A DNA stretch of 64,000 nt. Source: Callorhinchus milii. Lineage: Eukaryota. The stretch lies in contig NW_024704743.1 of NCBI RefSeq assembly GCF_018977255.1, positions 97,652,001-97,716,000 on the forward strand. The letters run 5' to 3'. The position numbers and the translations under genes were made by a program. Of the stretch, positions 30,201-42,200 are shown piece by piece (the first letter of the stretch is position 1; every line of letters begins with the position of its first letter). Under the pieces are notes generated by a model. The model saw only the letters and a list, made by a program, of their open reading frames with translations, ran no database searches and was not told the origin of the DNA.

Positions 30201-33200
30201 ACACTGTAACCACTGCTTGCCAGAGTATCAGCAATCTCGGTTTGTAAGAAAAAACAGCTCTTCTCTTGGCTCTCCAAGGACTTGGGCAATCTATTAATAG
30301 AAAAGAATTTTCCATAAAATGGCTAAAACATCCTTAATTAAAGTGCACTTATAGAGGAGCAATAAATAATAAAAAGGAAATCTTTGGAAAATCCTGGAAG
30401 ATGTAAAAGACATTTGACACATTGTTTCTCTTTTTACTAAATTTAAAACTACGATGCTGCATTAATGCATTAGCAGCCTTGCTGAAGACAGAATTGACAA
30501 AAGATTTTTATTATAATGGCATTAAAGTGCAATGAAGACAATATAATTCACAATCTTAGTTAACTTGATTAAAAATAAGCTTGTGAGACAGTTAATTAAA
30601 ATGTGACAACCTCATTACTGCCCCACAGCAATAATCTATGATAATTAGTGCAAATGTGTGGTTTTAGTAATGACATGTAAATTAAGCTCTGACATTTGAA
30701 TTGGCTTTTAGTTTTAAATAAAGGTATATGGTCAAAGTTGGGTCAACAGCTTGCTTGTGATCGAAATGGTCACTGGCATGAATCGTGTCTAAATTATAAC
30801 TGAGAAGCTTCCAATTTAGAACTTGCTGAAAGACTAACCTTATTTAAGAATTGAACTTGTAGGAAACAATGCTGCTCCATTTGCTGAGAAATATCAAAAG
30901 ATTTTCAGAGGCAGAAAACACATCCCCTCCCTAAAGCACATAAAGATATTAAAGTCTATTCTTGGGCCCCGCAATCCATACAGTTAAAGTGGAGTCCTGC
31001 AGCTCAGTGGTTAGAGCACTCGCCTTGCAAGTGAGACACCTGGGTTCAATTCCCGGTAGGGCGAAACCTTGGGCAAGTTTTCTTACTCCACACGCCTAAT
31101 AATAATCCCTCCAAAACAAAAATAAATTGGACATTTTCAATCCACGACTGTTTGTGGGACACTGCTGTGCGCAATTGGCTGCCGTGTTTTGCCCACAAGT
31201 ATACGGTCAATCCACTTTACAGCGTATTCTGTGAAGCGCTTTGAGACGTCTAAAAGACATGAAAAGCACTATATCAAATGCAAGGATTATTATTATTATT
31301 ACAAAGTAAAAGGATAAGGTAGTAGTCACCGATGTGCTGCACTGCACATCTAATGAAATTTAAGACAAATATATTAGACATCACATACATTAAATAATTA
31401 CATAGAGACTGTAACATTTCTTTAAGTGAAGGTAGGCGCATCATGCAGTAGAAGGACCACTTTCAAATGAATATAATGACCGATAAAGACGACTAGTCCA
31501 GTAGTTATCTCAACTCTTGCAATTTTTCAGCTGTCATGACCCAAATATCTGACTGCAAGAATTGCAGACAGAGTAACTGCATGGTTGCTAAACTAATAAG
31601 GTTAAGATTTTCCCTACTATCCTAATTTCCAACCCAATCAGGAACTGGTCACACAAACTTAACGAACTGGCCACACTTATCATGCTATTCTTGGGATTGT
31701 AAACTGATTTAAGAGTGCAGCTGAGACACCCACCGCCCCAATCCTCATCTCAGGTTGGCTGGTTTCTGTGTAACAGAGATTTTGTTGCAAGAAAGAACCA
31801 CCATAAACTGGACAAGTGCCACCTGGTGAGGGGATGACGCAACCTCAGTCAGTATGGCCACATGATAGGAGAAGGGTGTGTTGTGTGAAGGAGAGAGACG
31901 ATCACCATTTTATACTGAGACAGAGATAGAAAAACTCCTGTCTGTGTAAGAGAGGACCGTCTGTTTAAGAGACTCAAGAGACAACGAGGAAAAGGAGAAG
32001 GAGGGCAGATCAACAACATACACAAAGAGGTCGCCATTCTCTCCCAGAGGAAGGATTGGATCACCGTCTTTGAATTCGAAGGTTGTATGTATTGACTTTG
32101 GTTATTAAACCATTAACTCTTTGTGTTACATTGTGATGAACCCATAAACTTGCAGATTGGCACCCTAGACGGGACGGTGAGAATAAAAAGTAATTCGCCG
32201 TTATTCACAAAGGTAATACAAGCTCCACCTCCTTGCTCCACTACTCACCGACATCATTAACCTCTCCGTCATCTGGCACTGTTCCTTCCCCCCTCAAAAC
32301 AGCCACTATCATCCCCACCTTGAAGAAACCTTCCCTTGATCCATTACAGCTATCTAGCTACCGGCCCATCTCAAATCTCCCCTTCCTATCCAAGGTTCTT
32401 GAGAGAGCCGTTGCCTCCCAGCTTTGCTCTTTCCTCTTCTCTCACTCCCTCCATGAACCCGTCCAATTGGGTTTCCGTGCTGCCCACAGCACAGAAACTG
32501 CTCTGGTCAAGGTCACAAATGGCATCCTGACCATGTGTGACCAGGTCTTCCTCTGCCTCCTCATCCTCCTCGACCTCTTCACCGTCTTTGACACTGTGGA
32601 CCACTCAATCCTCCTCCACCGACTCTCCTCCCACCTCAACCTTCAAGGTTCTGTCCTACCTTTCCCACCGCCTCTTCTTCGTCGTGGCAAACGGCTTCTC
32701 CTCCAGTCCCCGCACCGTCTCGTGCGATGTTCCTCAGGGCTCTGTCCTCGGTCCCCTCCTCTTCACCCTCTACATGCTCCCTTGGTGACATCATTCGCAG
32801 ACATACGGTAAATTTCCACATGTATGCGGATGAAATTCAACTCTACCTCTCTGCCTCCACCCTGAACTCCAGGGCAACTGGGGTCCTAACCGACTGCCTG
32901 TCCGACATCAACTCCTGGACGAGGGCCAACTTTCTCCAACTCAACGTCAGCAAGACCGATGCCCTCCTGATTGGCTTGAGCCAGCGCCTCCGCACCTCAG
33001 GCACTGGCAGCATCAGCCTCCACGGCTGCACACTCAACCTCACTAAGCCAGTTAGGAACCAGGGTGTCTTGTTTGATCCTGAACTGTCCTTTCTCCCCCA
33101 TGACCGGCACTGCCTACCACCACCTCAGCAACATTGCCAGACTCCGCCACTGCCTCACCCCTCAGGCTGCGGAAACCCTCACCCACGCATTCGTCACATC

Positions 33201-36200
33201 AAGGCTTGATTACGGGAACTCCCTCCTCATCGGCCTTCCCAACTCTTCCCTTTGCAAGCTGCAGATCATCCAAAACTCTGCAGCTTGTGTACTCTCACGC
33301 ACCAGGCTCCGTGACCCCATCACTCCCACCTTCGCCCGACTCCACTGGCTCCCCGTCCCCCAGAGGATTGAGTTCAAGATCCTCGTCCTCACCTTTAAGG
33401 CCATCCATGGCCTTGCCCCCTCCTACCTCTCTGACCTGCTGACTCCCTACCAACCGGCCCGCTTCCTCCGTTCATCAGGCTCCGGCCTGCTCCATGTCTC
33501 CCGCCCGACCCACCCTACCATCGGTGGCCGTGCTTTCAGCCTCTCTACCCCCACACTCTGTAAATCCATCCCACGATCCCTTCGTCTCGCTTCCTCCTTT
33601 GCTTCCTTCAAGGCCAGTCTCAAGACCCTTCTCTTCGACCGTGCCTTTGGTCTCCCTCCCCAACTCTCTGCCTTCCCTCACCTCTACCCCGCCCGCCCCC
33701 ATGCTCAGGCCCCGACACCTGACTGTTCAGCGCTTTGGGATGTCCTCCCGACGTGAAAGGTGCTCTAGAAGTGTAATTTTGTTATTTGTTAAATACTAAT
33801 CAATTAGTATTTGTTTTAGTATTTGATGTTAAATACTAATCAATTAATTAACTGAAACTGATAGTCCAGAAGCCTAGTTGGTTAGTGACGATATAAGTGA
33901 GACTGGCAAAGTTAGGGAAGTTTCCTTCGAGTCAGTGTAAAGTTGGACGTGAAGGAATTAAATCCTTAACAACCTTTGTGTTTAGTTTAAAAAAAGGAAG
34001 CAGCAGAAGCAGAAATAATTAACGCTCACTATTGTTATTATCATTGAGAGCACAATCCAGAGAATATATGGCCAAATTAAGTCAGAAAGAAACTCTCGCA
34101 AAGCCTCGCAGCTCGCGGTAGTGCAGAAAGAAAAGACAAAGGAATTAATGGACAAATTAGCAATAGTAGAGGATCTTTTAGAAAAAAGAGAGGAAGGAGA
34201 TTGGATTGGGAGCTGAGAAGCAGGAAATTAGAACAACAAACTGAGGATTTAAGAGCAGCGTACAATGTCCAAACTCAACAAATAATTAGAAGTCAGAAAG
34301 GCTCCAGTATTTCACAGAAAGGGTGTGAAAGTCAGATTAGTGCACTAAAGAAAATGCTTTCTGCAGAGAGAGAAACGATTTGTGCCATTATTATGGTCCT
34401 GCAAAGTTCCTCAGGTGATGATAGTGTGGATGACTTTGGTGATGAGGCGTACCACTACCATGACGGTGACCAGTGGAGGAATGGGCCATCGCCGCATTCG
34501 GCCATAACATCTACTGCTCCTATGGTGCCCGGGACGCAGCAATGGGTGCAGATACCAACTTTGGATCAGGCAGGTAATCAACCACGGCCTATCCTTGAAG
34601 CGCGTATTATTGCCCCCTATACACTTCGCGATTTACAAGGAATGGCTGCAAAATTGCTTAAATACAACGGCACGGGTATGGACTAGCGCATTTTGAAGCA
34701 GTAGCACATATAATTGTACTTAATGATTTAAATGACGAGCATGCTAAGCTGATTTTATTTACGCTGACGCCCAGTTTTTTTATGCTTTGCCAGTTGATGC
34801 TAAGACAGGGAATAGAAATGCTACTCAGACAAAGGAAGATGTTTTAGCCTGTGTGGGATTTGAAAGAGGGGATCCTTATAGAGCGTTGGGAGAATGTTCG
34901 CAAAATCCAAATGAACATCCTGAGGCATTTGGACAGAGATTATGGGCATGTTATAACTAAGCACACGGTGGAGTATTAAATAGAGCAGCAATAGCAGGAC
35001 CGGAGTTTGACGGTGGTTGTGGTTGTACGTCTCGCATTCACTGCCGTAGATTACAATACAATATAAAATTACATCTGTAAAGTGCCTTTCACTTCAGGAG
35101 GACATCCCAAGGCACTGAACAGTCAGGGATTAGGAGCCAAGTGAGTGGGGGGTGGTTGGGATCAGGGAAGGTGGAGGGTGGCCGAAGGCACGTTGAATAG
35201 GAAGGTCTTGAGACGCGCCTTGAAGGAGGCAAAGGAGGGAACGAGGCGAAGGGAATGTGGGATAGAGTTCCAAAGGGTGGGGGCAGAGAGGCTGAAGGCC
35301 CAATCGCCGATGGTGGGGAGTGCTGGGCGGGGAACATGGAGCAGGCCAGAGCCCACTGAGCAGAGGGAGCGGACCTATTGGCAGCTAGTTTATTATATGA
35401 AGGTGACCCACACACATCAGGTTAATTGTGTACCACATAATTTGGTCTCTTTGGGGGTGAAGAAAGAAAATTTTGCTTCCATTTATATAGATGGCTCTAG
35501 TTATGTTAAAGATGGAAAACGATACGCAGGCTTCAGAATCTTCTGCCCACAAAAACAAGTGGATTTGGGATTTAAAATGTCCTCTGCTTCAGCATAGGCA
35601 GCAGAACTGGCTGCTGTGACATATGTAGTAGATCATGTTAAAGATTTTGGACTAACATTAACCATTTACTCTGACTCATCATATGTTTGTAATTCATTAA
35701 CAGAATACTTACCCATTTGGCAAACTCGAGGATTTACGTCTGCGGTTGGTAAGCCATTGGCATCTGCATCACAATTACAGCATATACTGGAAGTAGCTGA
35801 AGCTTTTAAGGGGCAATTTAAATAAAGTAGAAGCCCATAGTAATAATAATAAAAAATAATCCTTGCATTTGATATTGAGCTTTTCATGTATTCTACACGT
35901 CTCAAAGTGCTTCACAGAATATACTGTAAAGTGAATTGAGTGTATATTTGTGGGTGAAATGCGGCAGCCAATTGTGCACAGCAGTGTCCCACAAACAGTC
36001 GTGGATTGAAATGACCAATTTATTATATTTTCTTTTCTTGAGGGATGTGGCGTGTGGAGTAAGGAAACTTGCCCAAGGTTTCGCCCTGGTGGGAATCGAA
36101 CCCAGGTATCTCACTTGCGAGGTGAGTGCTCTAATCACTGAGCTACATGACTCCATAGTAAGATAGGTCCATTTGCAGCTGGAGTGGATGAACTTTCTAC

Positions 36201-39200
36201 GAGTGAGGCTAAATCTGATCAGGAAAGGCATTCTCCGACAACAGCAAGTCCCATGGCTTCCATCAGCAGACAAATCCTGAAGAATCTGTTCTAAATGTAA
36301 CAGCAGCTCAACAGAGCGATCCACTAATTTTGTCTTGCATTACAGGTCTCAAATCTAATCCATCTCTTCCTAACCAATTCTCCCAATCTCGCACTACCCT
36401 TAGCATTAAACAAGGCATTCTCTTTTATACTAATACAGGAGGTAATCTCTTGTGCGTTGTCCCCCAACAACTTCGTAATACATTAGAATACACAGCACAG
36501 AAACAAGCCATTCGGTCCAACTGGTCTACGCCAGTGTTTATGCTCCACATGAGCCCCCTCCTGTTCTTCTTCAACTAAGCCTTCAAGCATAACCTTCTAT
36601 TCCTTTCTCTCTCATGTACCTATCTAGCTTTCCCTCAAATACATCTATGCTATTTGCCTCAACAACTCCTTGTGGTAGCATGTTCCACATTCCCACTACT
36701 CTCTGTATGAAGAAATTTCTTCTAACTTCCCTATTTGATCTATTTGTGACTATTTTATATTGATGGCCCATTTATAATGACATCATTTATATGATTCATG
36801 ACTTACCCACTGGAGGACACCTAGCATAAGACAACAGCTTGAAATGTGTTAAAAATTTGGGATGGTGGCCAAAAATGGCACACAATATACAGAATTATTA
36901 CAATTGTCTTATTTGTGCTCAGCACAATCCAGATCCCAAAAGAAAAGGCTCTTTTGTGGCATACCAGACCAATTATGGGTCCCTAGGTGGATCTCTAAAT
37001 TGATTACATTGGTCCTGGTACAGCACGGGGAAATCAATATATTTTCGTAGTTATTGATGTATTTTCCAATGGATGGAAGCCTTTCCAGTGCGCAATACTA
37101 CTGCAACTGCTAATTTGGTGCTAAATATATTGACCTCTTTTACATTTTTAAGCGAGCCAGTCCTGCAGTTTATCAAATTTCTATTCCCACCTCACGTGGC
37201 AATCACAGACTACTGGTATCACATTAAACACCTGAAACTGTTTAAAGCACAGGAGCCTTCACCTTGTGACTCAGTCCCCACAGTTACCAAGAAAAATGGT
37301 TGGTCACAACCCATGGTGTCTGTGGTGGTCCCTTCTGTGCCTAATGATGATCTCCCTCATCACCTCCTGTCCAGTGTCTTCTTCTGGGACAACTTACCCT
37401 TTTCTCCCCAACCCTCCCACCCATTTTAGCTCGACAGTCTAGGGTGAGACTAGCGGGCAAGATCAACCCAGTCAGCTGTCTATTCCACAACAGCAGCCAA
37501 TAACCACAAAAGGACCTCCACACGGTCATTGGCAACATATTCAGTATGCGTGACGGCGGTGAGGTGCGAGCATTGGGACAATCATGATAGCCAAATGTTA
37601 AAAAAGGAGAAAAAAACACAACTGAACAGGTGATAGCAGTTAAAATGAAAAGATTTGGGAACAAAACAGAACATGAATGGGGATATGGTTCACTAGAGAG
37701 GATTAGGGCAGTTAAGATAGATGTAACATTTGAGATTGCAGGTAAACCGATATGTTGGTATAGGCATCTTGTGTAATCCAGCCAGCTATGTTAAGATTCT
37801 GAGGAAGATGGGAAAATGATAATATAGCTTTAACCATGATGTGTAACGCTTATGGAGCATAAGTTATGCAAATTTTGTAAAGAACACGGGAAGACACTAA
37901 GTTAGAAAGAGTCCCGGATATAGTAAGTGATCAAGATTTATAAAGATAGAATGTGAGGATGATATAACAAAACCCACAACCATTCATAATATATACTAAT
38001 AAAACAGCAACGTCTGTCTGTGTCAGTGTATCTGACAATCTCTGATTGACGAAGAGACATGATTTATACCTTATCGGAAAGGTCTTACACCTGGCATTGC
38101 CATGGGCATATTTTTGGGAGGATTTCCAAAGAAAAAAAAATCTATTGTGTAATCCTGTCTATCCAGAGACTGTGAGAGCGAATATATTATAATGTGTAGT
38201 GACTGTGTTTTGTGGGATAGACAGAGAGAGACTGTGAGAGGGAGACTGAGAGAGAGAGAGAGAGATTGGGCAAGAGAAGAGACAGAGAGACATTGAGAGA
38301 GAAGAGACTGAGATAGTGAGAGAAACTGGGAGAGAGACTGAGATCGTGAAAGAGACAAGAGCGAGAGAGACTGTGAAAGGGAGACTGGGAAAGAGAGAGA
38401 CTCACATTAAATATATAAAGGAGTCCTCCCAAAAGGAATCCTCTCACAGGTGTCCTCCCAGCTGAGTATAGATAAAGACAAAATGTCTGTTGTCAATTTA
38501 CATTCCATATTGGATCTTTGGTTGCAAGCGAAGCTGCAACGGGTACAGCTAGTTTGGGATATGTTATCTTAAACCAAGATTTCCTAAGTGTACTGATAAA
38601 ATGTAAATATTCTGATTTGTTTTATATTACTTTTACAATGTCATTACCAATAGTTAATGAAAGTGAAGTGTATATTACAGGATTCAAAGCGGTGTGAAAA
38701 AACATCCTCTGGGTTTGAGAATGGTGACCGAAGTGATGAAAACTGCTGAATAAAGAAAATTAATCGTCAGTAAACTGATGGTTTAATGGACATTTGGACT
38801 TTGACAAGTATGTGTGGCAAATGATCAATACTAAAAACACAGAATTAAGGTTCACCAACAGATATATGACACCCCCTGTAATGGCTTTGAGGACATTGTT
38901 AATGTTTTAAAGTTCATGCAATAGTTCTGAAGATTATCATTTAGTAGATCCTGTAGGCAATGGTACATCAGCCAAACAGCAGCTAAGGAAGGACTGTAGG
39001 CTGATGAAAGAGTGCGGCTGAGACACCTCATCTCGGATGGGCTAGTTTCTGTGAGAGAGACTTCGTTGCAAAGAAAGAACCAGCGTGAACTGAACTAATG
39101 CCACCTGGTGAGGGGATGACGCAGACGTAGCAATAGCGAGTCAAGCGGCCATATAGCAGGAGAAGGGTGTGTTGTGTGAAGGAGAGAGACAACCGCCATT

Positions 39201-42200
39201 TTATACTGGGTTGGAGATAGAAAACCTCCTCCTAGACTGTCTGTGCAAGAGACTCAGAGAGACAAAATAGAAAAGAACCGTCTGTTTAAGAGATTCAGGA
39301 GACACCGAGGCAAAGGAGAAGGAGGGCAGATCAACATCGTGCACAAAAGCGGTCGCCATTCTCTCCCGGAGGAAGGATTGGATCGCCATCTTTGAATCCG
39401 AAAGGTCCCCGGTTATATGTATTGTCTCTGGTTATTAAACCTTTGACTCTTGTACTACAGTGTGAGGAGCCCTTTCATTACAGGATCTCTAACATGTTTT
39501 ACATTAGCATTACCAGTTTACTAAATAGGTTTTTCTCATAAATTTTACTGGAGGATGCTCAAGATCATTGACATGTTGAATGCGATTGATAGACACAGTG
39601 TGAAGATGGACTTGGATGAATTAATACTGCAATGCAATGACCACCACATCCAAACTTGGATTCTACAAAAATGAGGACTGTGATTATTGCTGTTTCCACC
39701 CCCACCTTTATTGCATCATGCTTAGAAACAGCACTATTCACTCCAGCACAAAACCCTTTTTTTAAAAAAAAGAATAAAATACAACACAACTTGCCCTAGA
39801 TATAACTAATATGATTGTTATGCAGAATGAAACAGCTCTAATAAGATTTTTTTTAAAACAGCTCAATGCAACAACAGCAACAATATTACATTTGTATAGC
39901 AATAAGTGAATTACACTGCAGAGATGTTTTCCATAATTCCACATAATTTCATTGTATCAGGGAAAATTCCAAGTCCATTCCCTACTCCTTATAACTTTGT
40001 GAAATTAATGTGAGAAACACATGCTTTCCAACAAAATGTACTGGAGACTTAATATGCAAGTAAAAATAGCAAAAACAATAGTTGTGAAAAAAAAAGTTTC
40101 TGTGGAATTTTATAGCCTGGATAACAGGAGCAGTGTATTAGGAACTTTCTGAGAAAGAAACAACATACATTTTAATTTTTCCCTCTCCCCCTCCAATCTG
40201 ATATATTGTTCATTTGGCAAGTTATTTATTTTCACTGACTGTCAGGTCATTGTCAAGAGCTTCGTAATGATCACAAAAGAAATGAAAAGGTTAGGAGACT
40301 GCAGGGCTCTGGTGAGTCACCTATGATGTACTTCTGGTTATCTCTGATGTATTTCCGGCATTATTCAAAGTTAATGACCGAGTTTTAAAATTACACAATT
40401 AATTTATTTCCAAAACTCAAGTCATAAAATCTTCTACTTACACAGACTTCTCTTTTGAAATATTTTCTGGCAGAAGATAGGGTGCTTCATTATTTCTCAT
40501 TTCAATCACCTGAAAAAACAAGAACCACCTAATGTATCTGAAAGCTTTTCATGTTATTGAAATTTATTAAGCAAGTTGTCCATTTAAACAAGAGAATTAC
40601 CCCAGGATAATAAAAATAATATTTCTTGCATTTGGTAGTGTCTTATGTTGGAAGGACATCATAAAGTCCTTCACAGGATATACTGTGGAATGGAATGACT
40701 GTATTTGTAGCAGCACAATTGCACACAGCAACGTCTCACAAACAGCCATGAAACAAATTAACAATTTTATTTGGGGGATTGTTGGCCAGGACGCGGGGAG
40801 AAACCCGGGTTATGGGTACCAATTGTATTAAGTCAATCAGCACCTTATCAGATATATAAACAACTTGACATATCGTGGACAACCAAAGATCACTGAGTTA
40901 AGCTGGCCAATGTGGCATTAAACACAAACATCTATCTTGCCGAGGACATGTTGCTTTATTCCTTCGAAGTCATCATTAAATACAATGACAACAAATTGCA
41001 TTTATACCGTGCATTCATGTTAGTGAAGGAGGCATTCCTAATTCTGTTACATTCCAGTTACTAACCTTATTTACATGTTGACAAAATGCTGGTATGGCAA
41101 TCATCTGACTCAGAAAGTTTAAGTATCCAGCCACCAAGGCCAGGATGGCACAACGGTTATACATGGGTAAGTTATCTTCATTGCTAACCGCCACGTCCTA
41201 TTATAAAATAGAGAAATTATTAGAAATTAGGTACTTCAGAACTACTTTACAAATTCACAGAACAAAAGGAGAAAAATGTTACAAGATAAAATAGATATTT
41301 TCTGTTATACATGTGATTCTACCAATAGTAGGTTAATATCAGTGAAAGAGCACAGTATAATTCAAAGAAGCACTGTATCAACAACAAATTGAAAACATTC
41401 TGCACACCAGGTTACCTGCATGGCAAGAGCAAGGCGAACCAAGTCTATGATCACTTCGTCATTGGCCAGTTCAATGGTGATTAGTGCAAGAGCAATAAAC
41501 AGAGAGTCAAAGTTTTTGAGGTCATTATCTTCTTCTTTACAGCCCAGGTAAATGTATCGATACAATTGCTGTCCTTGCTGGAAAACAAATGCAATGGATA
41601 AATAAAGCTCAAGGTCAAAATGATTAGAATACTATTAATGATGCATTTTCATTGGCAAGAGAAATTCAATGTGAAAGTACCGTAATAATGGTTAATTATT
41701 TTATTGCACAACAATAGGATTAATTACACAGAAAATTACTTTCTACATTACACAGTCTGGATTGCCAAGCAATTGTAACTAATCAACTCAGTTTTTTCTT
41801 AAACTCAGAAATCTGGTACAGGATCAAGCCCATCGTGTATTTCCCATTAAAAATAGATGTAGCAGATGAGACAAGATCTGTTTAGGGGATATCAATCTTG
41901 CACTTTAAATACCTGTGGATTGGAAGAATGTCTGGAGGAATATCTCAAAGCACTTTACAGGACGTACTGTAAAGTGGAGAGACTGTATTTTGTGGGCAAA
42001 TGTTGCAGCCAATTTGCATAAACAATATACCTCAAACAGCCATGAAACGAATGACCAATTTTATTTGGTGAATTGTTGACTAGGATACTGGGAGAAACTC
42101 TTTTTAACTAGTGTCATACGATCTTCAATGTCCACCTGAAAAGCAAACAGGACCTCGGTTTAACATCTTATCTGAAGAACGGCACCTCCAACTTTGCAGC

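Larger units (their letters stand above)
31698..39482 (+). mobile_element. Degenerate endogenous retrovirus-like provirus (lokiretrovirus-like candidate) with nested LINE/SINE insertions
   Basis: Paired LTRs, GGAT TSD (31694-31697 and 39483-39486), PBS, gag/RNase H/integrase remnants and a purine tract before the 3' LTR. Confidence 0.9.

Noticed and set aside
30991..31062. tRNA-Ala-like gene (and similar heads at 2393, 20238, 51986)
   Set aside because: Each continues directly into a SINE body and (TTA)n tail, so these are SINE heads rather than tRNA genes.
38071..38447. Ser/Leu-rich ORFs
   Set aside because: Translations of the GA microsatellite.
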